64,000 nucleotides of DNA from Tubiluchus corallicola (GCA_030141605.1 JAQGDQ010000226.1:248001-312000), one strand, 5' to 3'. Counted from the stretch's first letter, positions 48,539 through 62,242 are shown. Numbers and translations: made by a program. Notes: a model not told the origin generated them from the letters alone.

Positions 48539-49257
48539 CAGTAAGTCCTCGCTCAATGACGTTAATGCGTTCCAGCAAAAGGTGACAGCAAGCGAAACAT
48601 TGTTAAACGAAACCAAAACTTTCAGAGGAAGTAATGTAAGTGAACTGAGATACGTTCTAGAACCAAAAATCAATGCATCAATGCTGCTCTAAACACATAT
48701 AAATTAAATGTTTTATGAGTTTTATTCATATTTCTACTGATTAATTTTTCCTATTTGCTTAAACCACCAATCTTTCTTACCAGGATCTAGCTAGACTTCT
48801 CCTCCCGTGTCTAAACACTGCATGTTAAACACTAGGTAGTGAAAGCCAATCCCTGCATGGAGCGAACTTCAGACAATGTCACGTAGTACTAATCTGGTTG
48901 TCATAGCAACAGGTTACCGACAATATTCCTTGGCATGAAGTTTAAATTCGGGTGTCGCTTGATGCAAACAGTTACAATTTAGTACGTAAGCAGTCGTGAA
49001 GCAAAAACATTATAATAATTGTACTGTTTTTCGTTACTAATGTGTTTTTAGAACAGAATAATGCAATATGTACCATTTTAGCACTTCAAATTAGGTAAAA
49101 AAAGTTGTTGATAAGATAAAAAAAACGGCTGGGAGCAAAATAAAAAATCTTTGTTGAAACAAAACAGTGCGTCATTAAGTGAGAAAAGGTGTCAAACGTT
49201 CAGCGTCGTTAAAACGAAACGTCGCTAAACGGGGCGTCGTTAAACGAGAACTTACTG
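48539..49257. mobile_element. Tc1/pogo (Tigger-like) MITE
   Basis: Imperfect TIRs CAGTAAGTCCTCGCTCAATGACG and CGTCGTTAAACGAGAACTTACTG; TA on the right flank, TG on the left. Confidence 0.7.
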
Positions 49258-49489
49258 TATTGTTCATTGTTTTCTGTAGTCAAGTGGCTCCCTGTCACTA
49301 CAGCCATTTCGATTGTCTCAGATTCATGTAGTTCTACATGTATAATCAATCTACTATTACGTCTACTACTACATACAGCTACTGTTCACGTGCATCATTT
49401 TAAATTTCCACTTGATTTGCAAATTTATTTTAAAAATGATAACTTATCATGATGGAAAGAGCCCATAACCATTGTGGTCGTTGATCCCT

Positions 49490-49700
49490 GGTAGTATGTT
49501 GGTAGCATGGTTATTTCCGTGCACATTGTGTCATATCCTTGTCAGTAGTATGGTTATTTGCGTGTGCATCGTGTCAGATCCCTGTCGGTAGTATGGTTAT
49601 TTGTGTGCACATCATCTCATGTCCATGTTAGTAGTATTGTTATTTGTGCTCACATCATGTCAGTAGTATAGTTATTTGGCGTGCGCATCACGTCTTTGTC
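49490..49700. repeat. Degenerate ~40-45-bp tandem repeat
   Basis: GTAGTATGGTTATTTG..GCACATC recurs about 5 times. Confidence 0.6.
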
Positions 49701-51009
49701 AGATTTTAATACTGCAAGGGCAAATTTAGAATACAGATATGACAAGGAAAAAGATGACTGTCAGATAGAGGCAGTTTTCTGCAACTTTGCCATACGGGGT
49801 GCACTGAATATTTTTACCAGTGGGACTAAGAATCATGAGCAAACCAAGTCCTTGACTACCCTTGACTTTCTGGCAGCTATATGCTGAAGAAGAAAAATTA
49901 TTTCAGGTGTTCTGCAACCTAATTGTTTCGTTTTTTACTATTTTTGTTCACAATAATCTTAAAAATCGTGAAAACTCTTACCTGCCAATTTGCCATTTGT
50001 GAGCAAAAGTTGAGAGCAAAATTTGCATTTGAGAGGTAACAAAGGTCAAAATTAAGATCACAAGGTCAGTGTTAGTGTCAAATCACCTGATTACATTTCC
50101 TTTTCTACATGTAAATAATGAGAGTCTTTCTCAGATTACAGGCTTTTATTATTTGCAGTTATAATAATATTATTGTTATATAATTTTTGTATATAAAACT
50201 ATTATTGGATACTAAAAGAGACAGCTAAACTATACGGGTTTTGATAAAGTAGTTTCCATTATACCGAAGCTTTGGATATAAGTCAATGTAATATTATATC
50301 ATGATACATAGTTAATAATTTATCTCAATATACTGCTTTGGCATATCTTTATTTTTCAAAAATGCGTAATGTTTTTTGATAGAATAAACTTGTACTTTAA
50401 CCTGACCTATTTTAATCTGGATGCTGAAGAAAAGATAAAGACTGAGTGAACTTCTGAAAATGTTTCATACATTTTACTGGTTTATAAGTTTGTAATTTAT
50501 AGTTACAATTTCAAACTGTTTTCTACGCATTCTGGCAAGCTAGTGGCAGCTAAAGACAAAGGAGCTTTATTGCTGGTACAATTTGAATTGTCCTAAGTGT
50601 GGAAAACCTGTAACCTCCCTTCAGTTGAAGCCAAGATGAGGTTTATTAAATTTAATAAATCATAGGGTTTTGTAATTTGTATTGGTTAATAAGAAATATG
50701 TCAACTTCCCCGGGATCATGAGTATCCTGCTCATTTGAGCCATCAGAATTTGGTGTTTAGCTAAAATGTAATAGTTAAGTGTATGATCTCCATATTTTTA
50801 CTGTGACTACTTAAACTTGTTAAGCACAAGCTCTGTATATACTATTTACACTTGTTTCTGTTAATATGTGGAGCAGTGACCAATATGTTGTTGTTTCTAA
50901 TAAAATGATGTTTTTGTATATTAGATATGGCAATGTGTTTGTTGTATTAATGTTTCTTTAAACAAATACTCGTGTTTTTTTAAATTATGATACTTTTTAA
51001 ACTACGGTT

Positions 51010-51600
51010 TCACTAATTACAGTTGCCGTTGTTGTTATAGTTTTTTTATTATTATAGTTACTAATGCAATTATAGTTATTGTTATTATTGTAATTATAGT
51101 TTCTCACACAATTATAGTTATTGTTATTATTATTATAGTTATAGTTACTAATACAATTATAGTTATTGTTATTTTTATTATAGTTATAGTTATTTTTATA
51201 ATTATAGTTATAGTCACTAATACAATTATAGTTATACTTGCTCATACAATTACAGTTATTATTATTATTATTATTATAGATATAGTTACTAATACAATTA
51301 TAGTCATTGTTATTTTTATTATAGTTATAGTTATTTTTATAATTATAGTTACTAATACAATTATAGTTATTGCTATTATTATAGTTATAGCTATAATTAT
51401 AGTTATACTTGCTCATACAATTACAGTTATTATTATTATTATTATTATTATTATAGTTACTAATACAATTATAGTTATTGTTATATTTATTATAGTTATA
51501 GGTATTTTTATAATTATAGTTATAGTTACTACTACAATCATAGTTATTGTTATTATTATTATAGTTATAGTTACATTTATTGTTTTGGTTATACTTTGTA
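51010..51600. repeat. Compound (TTA/TAG/TTG) low-complexity repeat
   Basis: Visible low complexity. Confidence 0.85.
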
Positions 51601-51850
51601 TTACAGCTGCCTATTATGGTTACATCGTAGTCATAGTTACAATCATCTGTTATAGGTTTTACTTACGTCGCCTGCATAGCGTGCTCTACTAAAATGTTTA
51701 AACTTTATAGGTTATGTTGCCTGATGTACCAAAATGCAGTATTGCCCCCTGAGATCGCCATCATTGGATCACATCTATATGGATGATCGGTCTGATATAA
51801 TATGATTTGATATGATATGATACTTATTGATGATATATGTGGAGATTTGA

Positions 51851-52195
51851 AGTGACATCAGTAAAACACAGCAGCTCTTTATCAATATTCAAGTCTAAAT
51901 TTAAAAAAAACATTTAATGACTCGTTTTGAATATCCGACATACGAACACGATGATACTTACTCAAATCGTAATTTCATTTTTCCTAGACCTTACTAAACT
52001 AGTTTATATTTTATTTTTGAATTTCTAGTTGCACTTATAGTTTAGCTTGCACCAGACGCATTTGCCCAGAACAGTGTATGTTTTTATATGAACTAACACT
52101 GATTGTCTGTCTTTTATTATGATGGTCAATGTTTTTAAAATGGCAAATAAAGATTTTACTACTACTACTGCTACTGCTGCTACTACTCCTACTAT

Positions 52196-52267
<72 letters not shown>
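51851..52267 (+). mobile_element. Short retroposon or LINE 3' end with a (CTA)n tail, copy 1
   Basis: SSSLSIFKSKFKK-type CR1/L2 ORF2 end, AATAAA and a (CTA)n tail. Confidence 0.7.
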
Positions 52268-52889
52268 ATTTTCTCACTTCTTTCATGGGGTATTCGGTTC
52301 GAGTGCTCAAAATTTTTGCCCTTAGTTTCTCTCTCTACATCAAACGACTCTGTACTCAAGCCTGGCCATCGTACTTTCTCTGGGAATTCAAGATGCCGTA
52401 ATTCATACGATTAAGTTCCATTTTTTCTTGATAATTAATATTTATCAGTGCTTTATTTTTTGTGATAAGACCATGATTTAGGCTGGTTGAATCCTTTACT
52501 GTTTTGCTGCCATCTATTGAGTGCTTTATACATTAATGTGGCTGTTTTTAATTGATGATCAGCTGTCATTGTTCCGTCACATAAATTTTTAACATGCAAA
52601 AGTTTTTCGGCCATAACTTGAAAACTACTAAAATTATCAACTTTAACTTGCACATCCAAAAGTTAACGTATTGTAATATCTTATTGTGAAATTTCAACCT
52701 TATAGAGCACCTGCTTTTAATATTATTGAAATTTCGGCTCACTTTTCTGCGCCACCAGATATATACATATTTAGATTCGATTTTTTAGATTTAATATTTT
52801 ATTTCAAACTTTACAAAGTTCATATACACATCACAAATTAATACAAATAATACAATAAATCATGACACACAACAATAACACAAATAACA

Positions 52890-53138
52890 ATTAACGATAT
52901 AACAAACTACGCCAATGACGTCTAATTACAGAAGTAAAGTTTACATCACTGTTTAAAATGTTCTTGCATATAAAATTTTCACTGTTATTCAGCCTGACGT
53001 ATAAACTGTATGCACATTTTCTGTGAGTAACATCAAAATAAATAATATTAATATGAAAAGTCATATGAAAAGTTAAACAGCTTCCGTGTTGATACATTAC
53101 ATGCAACCTTGAGTTTGCTAAGATTGTAAGAATAAAAA
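52890..53138 (-). mobile_element. Decayed LINE RT C-terminal remnant
   Basis: RKCAYSLYVRLNNSENFICKNILNSD..RRHWRSLLYR* resembles the ORF2 end of non-LTR elements. Confidence 0.4.
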
Positions 53139-53191
<53 letters not shown>

Positions 53192-53473
53192 AAATCTTTA
53201 TTTGCCATTTTAAATCATTGACCTTAAATCAGTGTTAGTTCATATAAAAAACATACACTGTGCTGGGCAAATGCGTCTGGTGCAAGCTAAATTATAAGTG
53301 CAACTGGAAATTCAAAAATAAAATATAAACTAGTTTAGTAAGGTCTAGGAAATTATGATTTGAGTAAGTATCATCGTGTTCGTATGTCGGATATTCAAAA
53401 CGAGTCATTAAATGTTTTTTTTAATTTAGACTTGAATATTGATAAAGAGCTGCTGTGTTTTAGTGATGTCGCT
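53139..53473 (-). mobile_element. Short retroposon or LINE 3' end with a (CTA)n tail, copy 2 (inverted)
   Basis: Reverse complement of 51851-52200 with small indels. Confidence 0.7.
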
Positions 53474-54784
53474 AATGAATTCGAAAGTTGTATTGCTTGC
53501 TTAGTAATGGACTTCTTTCCATATTGATTGTTCGTTCTATTGTTTTAAATGTCTCTATAATTTATGCACGTTTAATTACAGTTACACTTCAGAATCGTGT
53601 ACCGCCATAACCTCTTTGATATTGTGATTATTTTCATCCAGCACTAAATAAGTCAAACCTAGACTGACCTTATTATTGCTCTATTGTAAAGCAGTTGTAA
53701 AATCTTCGTCCACAATCCTGCAATGTTTCACACGATTTATCGCTGATAACGCAAGTTTATCGTCCATAAACTTGAGAAAGTACTGAATTATATCGTTCTT
53801 ATGCACCGAAGTATTTTTCCACATTCATTTTTCTTACGAAGTTGAGATGTTAGTGCCTATTATACAAATAAATATGAACAGAGGTGATGAAATTGCCTAT
53901 GCACAGACCACCAAAGTGTGGAGTTAATTCTTTTATGCGGACCTAGTATATCTTGGATGTATTCTTGTCGTGTCGTGATGTGAAAAATGATGACCCAACA
54001 AAAGTTAATTGGGTATGCAATGCATGAAGCTACAACGTATAAACTATTCTCAGGTCACAGAACTAGTTTAGCGACCGTAAGTTGCTATAAAATAATAGAA
54101 AGACGCTTCCTGAGTGTTGGCACCCGTAAGATGGAGCAAAGGTCAACAAGCTACTAGGCGTAACTAGAAAAGTCACACCTCTGGTCCTGGCCGAATCCTT
54201 ACCCGTGCCAGATCCTTACCCACTCAGAAGCTGCAGCGGTGACGTCATGCTTTCATTACCTTCACCGGCCTAAAGTTTGAAATAGGCTCGGATGTGCTGT
54301 AAGCTCGAGAAACAATAATATTTACAACATGGTCCAGATTAGCGTGTCAAAATCAGACGCATTTGTTTATTGAAAAAAAGCAACAAGGCGGTTATACAAT
54401 AAACATTGCGTTTTTACAAGTGGTTACACTATTAGTTCGGCAGGAGCCAGTATACAAAAGTACGTCGTTATTATATTTACTCAACTTTAAAACAGTTGAA
54501 TAACAAGAAATAAGATACCTGTAAATGATGCAAAATCACACCAAGTTTTGTTTACAATTCGGTCTGCTACAAGTGTTCATATAAGTGTTTTGCAGTATTT
54601 ACAATAACATTGTTTTGCCACACAGAAAAGCTTTTGTGTGAACTGTAAAATTATTGTAGAGTCCTGCTTTTACATACCCCGACTGGTGTGCGTGTTTAAG
54701 GCCATTCAGCTGGATGTTGTACGATGCTGCCATCTGGCAACGAGAATAATACGAAAACAATTTACACTTCCTTTAATCTCTGTA

Positions 54785-54923
54785 ACCAACACAATAAACA
54801 TATATAAAACCAACACAATAAACATATATAAAACCAACACAATAAACATATATAAAACCAACACAATAAACGTATATAAAACCAACACAATAAACATATA
54901 TAAAACCAACACAATAAACATAT
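54785..54923. repeat. 24-bp minisatellite (AACCAACACAATAAACATATATAA), left part
   Basis: About 6 units directly abutting the LTR. Confidence 0.92.
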
Positions 54924-55267
54924 TGTTACGGAGACACCTGTGTCGGGTCAGTTGTAGGGCCCTCTACACGCCCTGCTTCCACGTCAGCAGCGACTCACCC
55001 CTTTCTTGTAGGTCCAGACGTCTTGTTTAGGCCTACACGTGGTGTGAGAAGCCAGCTGACCTGGAATGCCAGTATAAAAGCGTGTAGAGGTCACTACAGC
55101 CTTGATTTCTGACACAGGTGCTCCTCGGGTGTAGTGCTGTTACTAGTGTAGAGTTAGTTAGTTATTTTTGTGCACATGTATTTTTTGGTTCCTTATTTTT
55201 AATAAACTCCGTACTGTGTAGTTTTTGTGTATTTTGCTTTATGAGAGTTGGATGACACGCTATAACA
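54924..55267 (+). repeat. 5' LTR (344 bp)
   Basis: TGTTA...TAACA inverted termini, TATAAAAG at ~55074 and AATAAA at 55201. Confidence 0.7.
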
Positions 55268-55352
55268 GGTGTAAGGTAATAATTTGTAGACATTAATTTA
55301 GCTAATTAACATTAACATTTGTAATTAATTATTGGTTGCACAACGATTATAA

Positions 55353-57074
55353 ATGTATCTTCATGATGCGAAATATCAGGACCGCCATGCCATCTTGGAG
55401 TTCGACCCCCTGGGTCGAATCCAGTCCACTGGTGTCGCAGAAGTGGATAAAGAACATTCTCACCCACACCCTGCTCAAAGTTTTTTTGATGATGATGTGG
55501 CTTCTCAGGCTTCTTCCTGGGTAAGCTCTTTAGAGCGTTGTTCTGCTGGCCCTGTTGTCAATTGTGTCCCCCCAAGCGTAATTTCACATCCTGATAATAA
55601 ACTAGGTCAGACAAATTCATTTCTGTCTACTAATGCTAACCTTGATCGCGTACTTGGTCAACGCGAAAATTCAGGCTTCAATTCTGCCAGTCCCAGTAAT
55701 CAAAATTTAGCTGTAGAATTGCAAAATTTGTCATCGCGTTGTGATTCCCAGTTTAAAGATTTGAGTTGTGCAGTGGCTGCGCTTTCTCAAGCGGTCACTA
55801 GCTTAGCAAAGAATTTTTCTGAACGCTGTGACATATCGCGGCCTGAACATAGGCCTACTTCGAGTAGAAAACCTGTTTTGAATTCTACTCCAGCTAGCGA
55901 ACTGTGCCAAACTGTCGAACCCGCTGTTTGTAAACTAAATACTGAATCTCCTAAATCGTTAGTCCATTTCGCTGAAAATCATGGAAATGAGAAGTTTTCA
56001 GATTTGCCAATTCAATTTTGTACTCCCACGCATGCGCAGTCAGAAGTACCGGTTCCGAGTAGCACGTCTGTTTGTCAACATAGCTTACACACCACAAATA
56101 CTATTAGCGCGCACGAAGTGAAAAACTTACCATTTTTTGATGGGGAAACGGTCCCATGGGAAAGTTATAAAGCGCAATTTCGATTGTTAGTTGAACTTAA
56201 CGGTTGGAATAATTATGAAGCCGGTTTACGTTTAGCACTGAAACTTAAAGGGAAAGCTGTTGGGGTTCTTGAAACTTTGTCGCCTGCCCAACGCTCTGAT
56301 TATGCAATGCTATGCTCTGCTTTAAGCCGTCGATTCGGGTGTGACAATCGCGAAAGTGTATACCGCGCTCAATACAACAGCCGTTACCGTCAACCCGGCG
56401 AAGATTTGCGGCAATATGCAGATCATTTGCGTACCTTGTACCACCGTGCATACCCAGCAGTAGACTTAAATTCTGCAGAACATCAATTAGCGTTGAAGTT
56501 CATAGATGGTTTGTGTGATGTAGAACTAGCTATACACGTGCAGCAAAGCTTTCCCACGAATCTTGCTGATGCGTTGGCGTCTGCTTTGTCTATAGAATCT
56601 ATTCGTTTAACTGCAAAGCGCAGCGCTGAGCTTACGACTATTAAAACGCGCAGAACATTGACGCAGAATCAAGATCCGGGATGGAATAAAGCTCCCACCA
56701 CAGCAGAAAATTTCGAGGGTAACACAAATAATCGCGCTAAGTCTGAACTGCCAGACAATCATGTACCTACAGAAAGGATTCACGGAACAAATGATTTTGT
56801 TTGTTATTGCTGCAATGCGGTTGGTCATTTTGCAAGGAACTGTCCATTGCGTCGTAAGTCACAACAGTCTTACCCAACAAGAACATTTGATAACTCATTA
56901 TTCCGCTTATCTCAAAACTCACAGAGTAATTCGCGATTTTGCAGCCAGTCTAGACCGAGTAAAAGTAATCGAAATTATGACAACCCTCGCGGTTATACTG
57001 TGCCAGTTTCGAACTCGCAGCGCAATTGTAGAAACTCGCGCAATTCCTGTCTTCCACCTTCGCGTTTTCAGTAG
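55353..57074 (+). CDS. gag: Gypsy Gag
   Basis: FDGE..W..Y..QF capsid-like region, [15 protein letters not shown]-like motif, and CCHC knuckle [14 protein letters not shown]. Confidence 0.88.
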   Translation: MYLHDAKYQDRHAILEFDPLGRIQSTGVAEVDKEHSHPHPAQSFFDDDVASQASSWVSSLERCSAGPVVNCVPPSVISHPDNKLGQTNSFLSTNANLDRVLGQRENSGFNSASPSNQNLAVELQNLSSRCDSQFKDLSCAVAALSQAVTSLAKNFSERCDISRPEHRPTSSRKPVLNSTPASELCQTVEPAVCKLNTESPKSLVHFAENHGNEKFSDLPIQFCTPTHAQSEVPVPSSTSVCQHSLHTTNTISAHEVKNLPFFDGETVPWESYKAQFRLLVELNGWNNYEAGLRLALKLKGKAVGVLETLSPAQRSDYAMLCSALSRRFGCDNRESVYRAQYNSRYRQPGEDLRQYADHLRTLYHRAYPAVDLNSAEHQLALKFIDGLCDVELAIHVQQSFPTNLADALASALSIESIRLTAKRSAELTTIKTRRTLTQNQDPGWNKAPTTAENFEGNTNNRAKSELPDNHVPTERIHGTNDFVCYCCNAVGHFARNCPLRRKSQQSYPTRTFDNSLFRLSQNSQSNSRFCSQSRPSKSNRNYDNPRGYTVPVSNSQRNCRNSRNSCLPPSRFQ

Positions 57075-60000
57075 CGGGTGGGCGGAAAAAGAGGCATCGT
57101 GCCACCCGCCAGACACAAAAGGCCTCGCACAAACTAAGCGAAACACTCCCTTCGGGTCAACCTAAGGTTGGTACTGTGCTCAGTGAATTGAATCAGGCTG
57201 CTGGTCTTTATGCTGTCGGCTCAATAGATGGCAATAAATGCCGAATACTAGTGGACACAGGGGCTACGCATACCACAGTTCGTCCTGAGCTTATAACCAA
57301 TCAGCTTGAGCCGTTGGGGTGGCAAACCGCTATAGGTGTAACCGGTGCACCTTTGCAATTACGTGGCCCAATTTCGGTTTCATTGCAACTCGGTACAATT
57401 TCTAGTACTGTGTCGGCTTGTCTAACTGGTGACCTAGCCGGAGAAGATTGCATTTTGGGCTTAGACTGGCTTCGAGAAAATAAAGCCATAGTAGACACTG
57501 GCCTAAAACGCATTATTCTTCCGGATGGCCAGTTTGTTGAGCTCACACTGCTACCTGGAGGTTGTACAGACGTGATAAACATTCGTCGTGTGACTATACC
57601 CGCGCTTTCGGAAGCCGTTATCGAAACTCAACCTGTTTTACCGTTACCGCACACATTAGGTATGGTTAGCCTTGGCAGCAAACCATTTCGGTCAGACGGT
57701 CTTTTAACTGGACGGATAACTTCGCCAGCTGGTGCTACTACAATTCGTGCCATAGTAGCAAACATAACCAACTATCCTGTTACACTCTCGGAAAAAGAAC
57801 CTGTTGGTCAATGGGAAAGCGTTAACGAAATTGTTTGTCCTATTAAACTTTCTTCAATGAAAGGTTTTCAGTCTAAACCTAAAAATGCAAGCAAAAGAGC
57901 GCTTTCTGAACCGGTGCAAAAACTTTTAAATGCTAGTAAAACTGCACTATCCAGTACGCAGTACAAGCAGTTGAAAAGCCTGTTAATCAAGTATAACGAT
58001 TTATTTTCCTCTGGAACCTATGACATTGGTCGTACAAATATTGTTCAACATCGCATTAATACAGGTACTCACCACCCTATTAAGACTCAAGCAAGGCGTC
58101 TTGGCCAGGCCCAACGCGAGGAATTAAATGCAGCAATGGATGAAATGCAGAGACAGGGAGTAATTGAACCGTCTTGCAGCCCCTGGTCTTCTGCGGTGGT
58201 CCTTGTACGAAAAAAAGATGGAGGAACGCGCTGCTGTATAGACTACAGGGCTCTCAATTCGGTTACAATCAAAGACAGCTATCCCCTGCCTCGCATTGAT
58301 GATTCAATCGATGCCCTTTCCGGTGCCAAGTGGTTCTCCACTTTAGATTTAAAATCGGGGTACCACCAGGTAGAAATGGCACGGAAGACAAAGAAAAGAC
58401 CGCATTTGTAACACACAGAGGGTTGTGGCAGTTTAAAACTCTTCCTTTTGGTCTAGTTAATGCGCCTGCTACTTTTGAACGCTTAATGGAGCAAATTTTA
58501 ACTGGCTTGCACTGGCAAACGTTGTTAATTTATTTAGATGACGTCATCGTTTTCGGGCGCACCTATGAGGAACACCTTGCTCGGTTGCAAGAAGTTTTTG
58601 AACGTTTTATGACGGCAGGCCTAAAACTCAATGCTAAAAAGTGTTTGCTAACGCAAAGAGAAGTCACGTATCTAGGACATGTTGTTAGCCATACCGGTGT
58701 ACGTACCGATCCGGCAAAAATAGAAGCCGTTGTGAATTGGCCTGAACCTAATAACGTATCTGATCTTAGAAGCTTTTTAGGCCTGTGCACATACTACCGG
58801 CGTTTCATAAAAAACTTCGCGGATATAGCGGCACCTCTGCATTTACTAACTCGCAAGCAGCAACCTTACGTTTGGCAGGCTAGCCAACAGAACGCTTTTA
58901 ATTGTTTGAAAACTTTGCTTACAAATGCGCCAGTTCTGGCCTACCCACAATTTGACACTGAATTTGTACTCGACACTGACGCGAGTAGTATAGCGATAGG
59001 CGGTGTTCTCTCACAAATTCAGGGCGACCAAGAGCGCGTGATAGCGTATTACAGCCAAATTTTATCTCCTGCAGAACGAAATTATTGCGCTACACGCCGC
59101 GAACTTCTTGCAGTGGTTAAAGCTGTGAATCACTTTCACCACTATCTTTACGGACGGCAGTTTGTTATACGTACTGACCATGCTGCTCTTCGCTGGCTGA
59201 GAACTTTGCGTAAACCAGAGGGTCAGTTAGCTCGCTGGCTTTGCAAATTAGACCAGTATGGTTACACAATAGAACATCGTGCAGGCAAAAGTCACGGAAA
59301 TGCGGACGCGCTTTCTCGTCGGCCCTGCGAAGCCAGTTGCAAACATTGTAGCAAACGAGAACCGAGTAACGTAATGCAACAAAATGCGAAAATTAATAAA
59401 ATCGGCACAACATTAAGAGATGTAAATCTTGATTTTGCTGAAGGGCAGACCAAAGACAAAGACATAGCCCCAATATTGGGATTTTTGCAAACTTCAGCCC
59501 AAAAACCTGCTTGGGAGCAAGTTTCTGCGCTAAGCCCTGAATCAAAAGCTATTTGGCACCAATGGGATGTGCTCAAAGTTGAAAACGGGGTAGTGCAGCG
59601 TAAATGGGAATCTCCAGACGGGACTGTAGTCCGTTACCAATGGCTAGTTCCTAGAGCCTTTCGTGAAAGTCTACTTACAGGGTTTCATAATAATCCTACT
59701 GCTGGTCACTTCGGCCAGAACAAAACTTTTGCCAGGCTGCGTGAGCGGTACTTCTGGCCAGGCATGCGGAAGGATATCCAGTTATGGATACGGTCATGTC
59801 GTGAATGTTGTCGGAAAAAGGGGCCCCAGCGCAAACCAAGAGCACCTTTGCAACAGTACAGGGTAGGAGCTCCTATGGAGCGCATAGCAATAGATGTAGC
59901 TGGACCTTTCCCTAAATCAGACTCGGGAAATAAGTATGTCCTGATCGCTGTAGATTATTTTACCAAATGGCCTGAAGGGTACGCCCTACCTAACCAAGAA

Positions 60001-60468
60001 GCAGAAACTGTAGCCAAAGCCTTGGTAAATGAATTCTTTTGTCGGTTTGGTCTGCCTGGTGAAATTCATAGCGATCAGGGTAGAAACTTCGAGTCTCGCA
60101 TTTTTCAGCAATGTTGCGTATTTTTAGACATTGTCAAGACGCGTACCACACCTTTAAGGCCTCAATCAAATGGCCTCGCAGAAAGGTACATTAAAACTAT
60201 TTCCCGTCAATTGGCACAATTCGCAAGTTTACACCAGCGCGACTGGGATGTGAAAATGCCCTTATTTCTTTTAAGTTATCGATCAGCAGAACATGATGCT
60301 ACAGGGTTTACTCCAGCCAAAGCCATGATGGGTCGGGAACTACGACTGCCTCTCGACTTGCTAACGGGCCGACCTCCTGAATCTATCCGTCATAATGTAG
60401 TTGACCATGTAAGGTACTTAGAAGATAGTCTACATGATGTCCACCATTTTATTCGAAATCTTATATAA
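57032..60468 (+). pseudogene. pol: Gypsy Pol (protease-RT-RNase H-integrase), frameshifted at ~58382 and truncated
   Basis: LVDTGA protease, YLDD RT, DTDAS RNase H, GHFG..CREC zinc finger and D..D..E integrase core. EMA[P]EDKEKTAF is broken by a 1-bp deletion. Confidence 0.9.
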
Positions 60469-60690
60469 AACCAACACAATAAACATATATAAAACCAACA
60501 CAATAAACATATATAAAACCAACACAATAAACATATATAAAACCAACACAATAAACACATATAAAACCAACACAATAAACATATATAAAACCAACACAAT
60601 AAACATATATAAAACCAACACAATAAACATATATAAAACCAACACAATAAACATATATAAAAGCAACACAATAAACATATATAAAAGCAA
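60463..60690. repeat. 24-bp minisatellite, right part
   Basis: About 9 units of the same repeat as at 54785. Confidence 0.92.
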
Positions 60691-62156
60691 CAAAAGTTAT
60701 ACTAATAATCACAACGAAATAACATTGCCAACTCAAAGTTACTGTAAGTTCAAACGGTCAAATTTACAAACAAAAAGTTAAAATAAAAATCAGTTACGAT
60801 AAAATAAGTTACGAACAACTGATAGCCAGTCAAAGTGGTTAAAGAAAGTATTTCTCAACTGTGAAATAAAATACAACGTGACGGAATGGTTTCTATAAAA
60901 CTGTATTCTACAATTAAAACACTAATTTGTGAAGAAAGCTAGTTCAGTCAAAGAGGATAGAATAAGTCATCATTTTGCTTATGAGTTTACGGTCAACATG
61001 CTTGTAAAACTGTTGAGGTTATCAATATCTGCACATTCATATTTACAAAAAAAATTGGAAATTATGCCTGTCATACAGTGAGAAATTTGAACACAACACA
61101 ACGAGCCTTAAATAAAAGAAAATTACACTTCTCAGTGTGAAAAATGAAGTTGCATAACTAGAATCGGTAATATACGCATGATGTGGAGCATCAACAACTT
61201 CAATTTTATTATAACTTGCTTTGCTCATTTAAAACACATTATATTCAAAGTACATTAATAGATTATTCGAAAGGAGATTCAAATGTTTTGCTAAACAAAC
61301 TATAAATCATATTAATGATCATCTGCCAAACTGCATTTTAAATCAGTTTTGTAGTTCATGTATAGACAGGGGCGTACCAAGACCTTACGACGCTCTAGGT
61401 TGATAGTTCAGCTATTGTGGTTGCTTATGTAATGAGCTAATAAAGCAATTACTTGTGGTGTATTAGAAACATACTAACCTAGTTTAGACGTGGCCACTAT
61501 TAATTACATGTATTACAGTTGTTTGCTGTGTAATACCTCAGATTTGTTCCTGATGTCGCACTTATATAAAAGCTGAGCTCCAGTAACTGCCTGTGGTGTG
61601 TTATAAAATGAGCCCTGTGCATGAATACGAAAGTACAAACATTTTCCTTGGAGAATAAGAATTTTTTTCTAAAATGTGACACCTCTCAAACGTTGGCGCC
61701 CCAGGCTATAGCTTAGTTATCTCATTGGTTAAAACGCCACGGGTCGTCTGCGATATAGAGTTGTTTCAACACTTCGACCTAAAACAAAAAAAAAACATTA
61801 TAAATGGGAGCCATATAAAGAAAATAACAAGACAATTTTAATTATGTTAAAACACAAAAGAAAACAAGCGTCGCCGTTAAAGGGCGAGAATAGTCTTTAT
61901 TTATGTAGAGCAAAAAATTCCTCTTGCATTTTGTTCTACCTGCATAGTGCCTTATTGCACAGTGAACTTGTATTATCAGTAACGATGTTTAAAATGTGCA
62001 AATTTATACTCCCGCGATGACCGCTATTGGTTTAGCTATAACAAGTTTAGATACAATTGCGTAGGGTTTCAAAAAAGAGTATTCGTAGCACGTTCTCACA
62101 AACTAACCAAAAGTATAAATTACTTTGTATTGTCAATGATCAATAATATGTTTTTG

Positions 62157-62242
62157 GTGAGTCAGTGATGCACACTGGGAAGGTGAGTCAGTGGTGCACA
62201 CTGGGAAGGTGAGTCAGTGATGCACACTGGGAAGATGAGTCT
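62157..62242. repeat. 26-bp tandem repeat, 3 copies (GTGAGTCAGTGATGCACACTGGGAAG)
   Basis: Units start at 62157, 62183 and 62209. Confidence 0.9.

Larger units (their letters stand above)
54924..60462 (+). mobile_element. Ty3/gypsy LTR retrotransposon, 3'-truncated
   Basis: 5' LTR, gag, and pol in PR-RT-RH-IN order; no PPT or 3' LTR. Confidence 0.93.

Noticed and set aside
50997-53208. Asn/Tyr-rich, poly-Ser, poly-Thr and poly-Leu ORFs
   Set aside because: Translations of microsatellites and (CTA)n tails.
58330-58411. Second pol frameshift as programmed recoding
   Set aside because: It falls inside a conserved RT motif with no slippery sequence; best explained by a 1-bp deletion or a sequencing error.
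60390-60781. 8-aa repeat ORFs (YKTNTINI and other frames; also 54638-55030)
   Set aside because: Translations of the 24-bp minisatellite.
61368-61742. Possible hAT-type MITE (CAGGGGCGT...ACGCCACGG)
   Set aside because: The termini match poorly and I found no target-site duplication.
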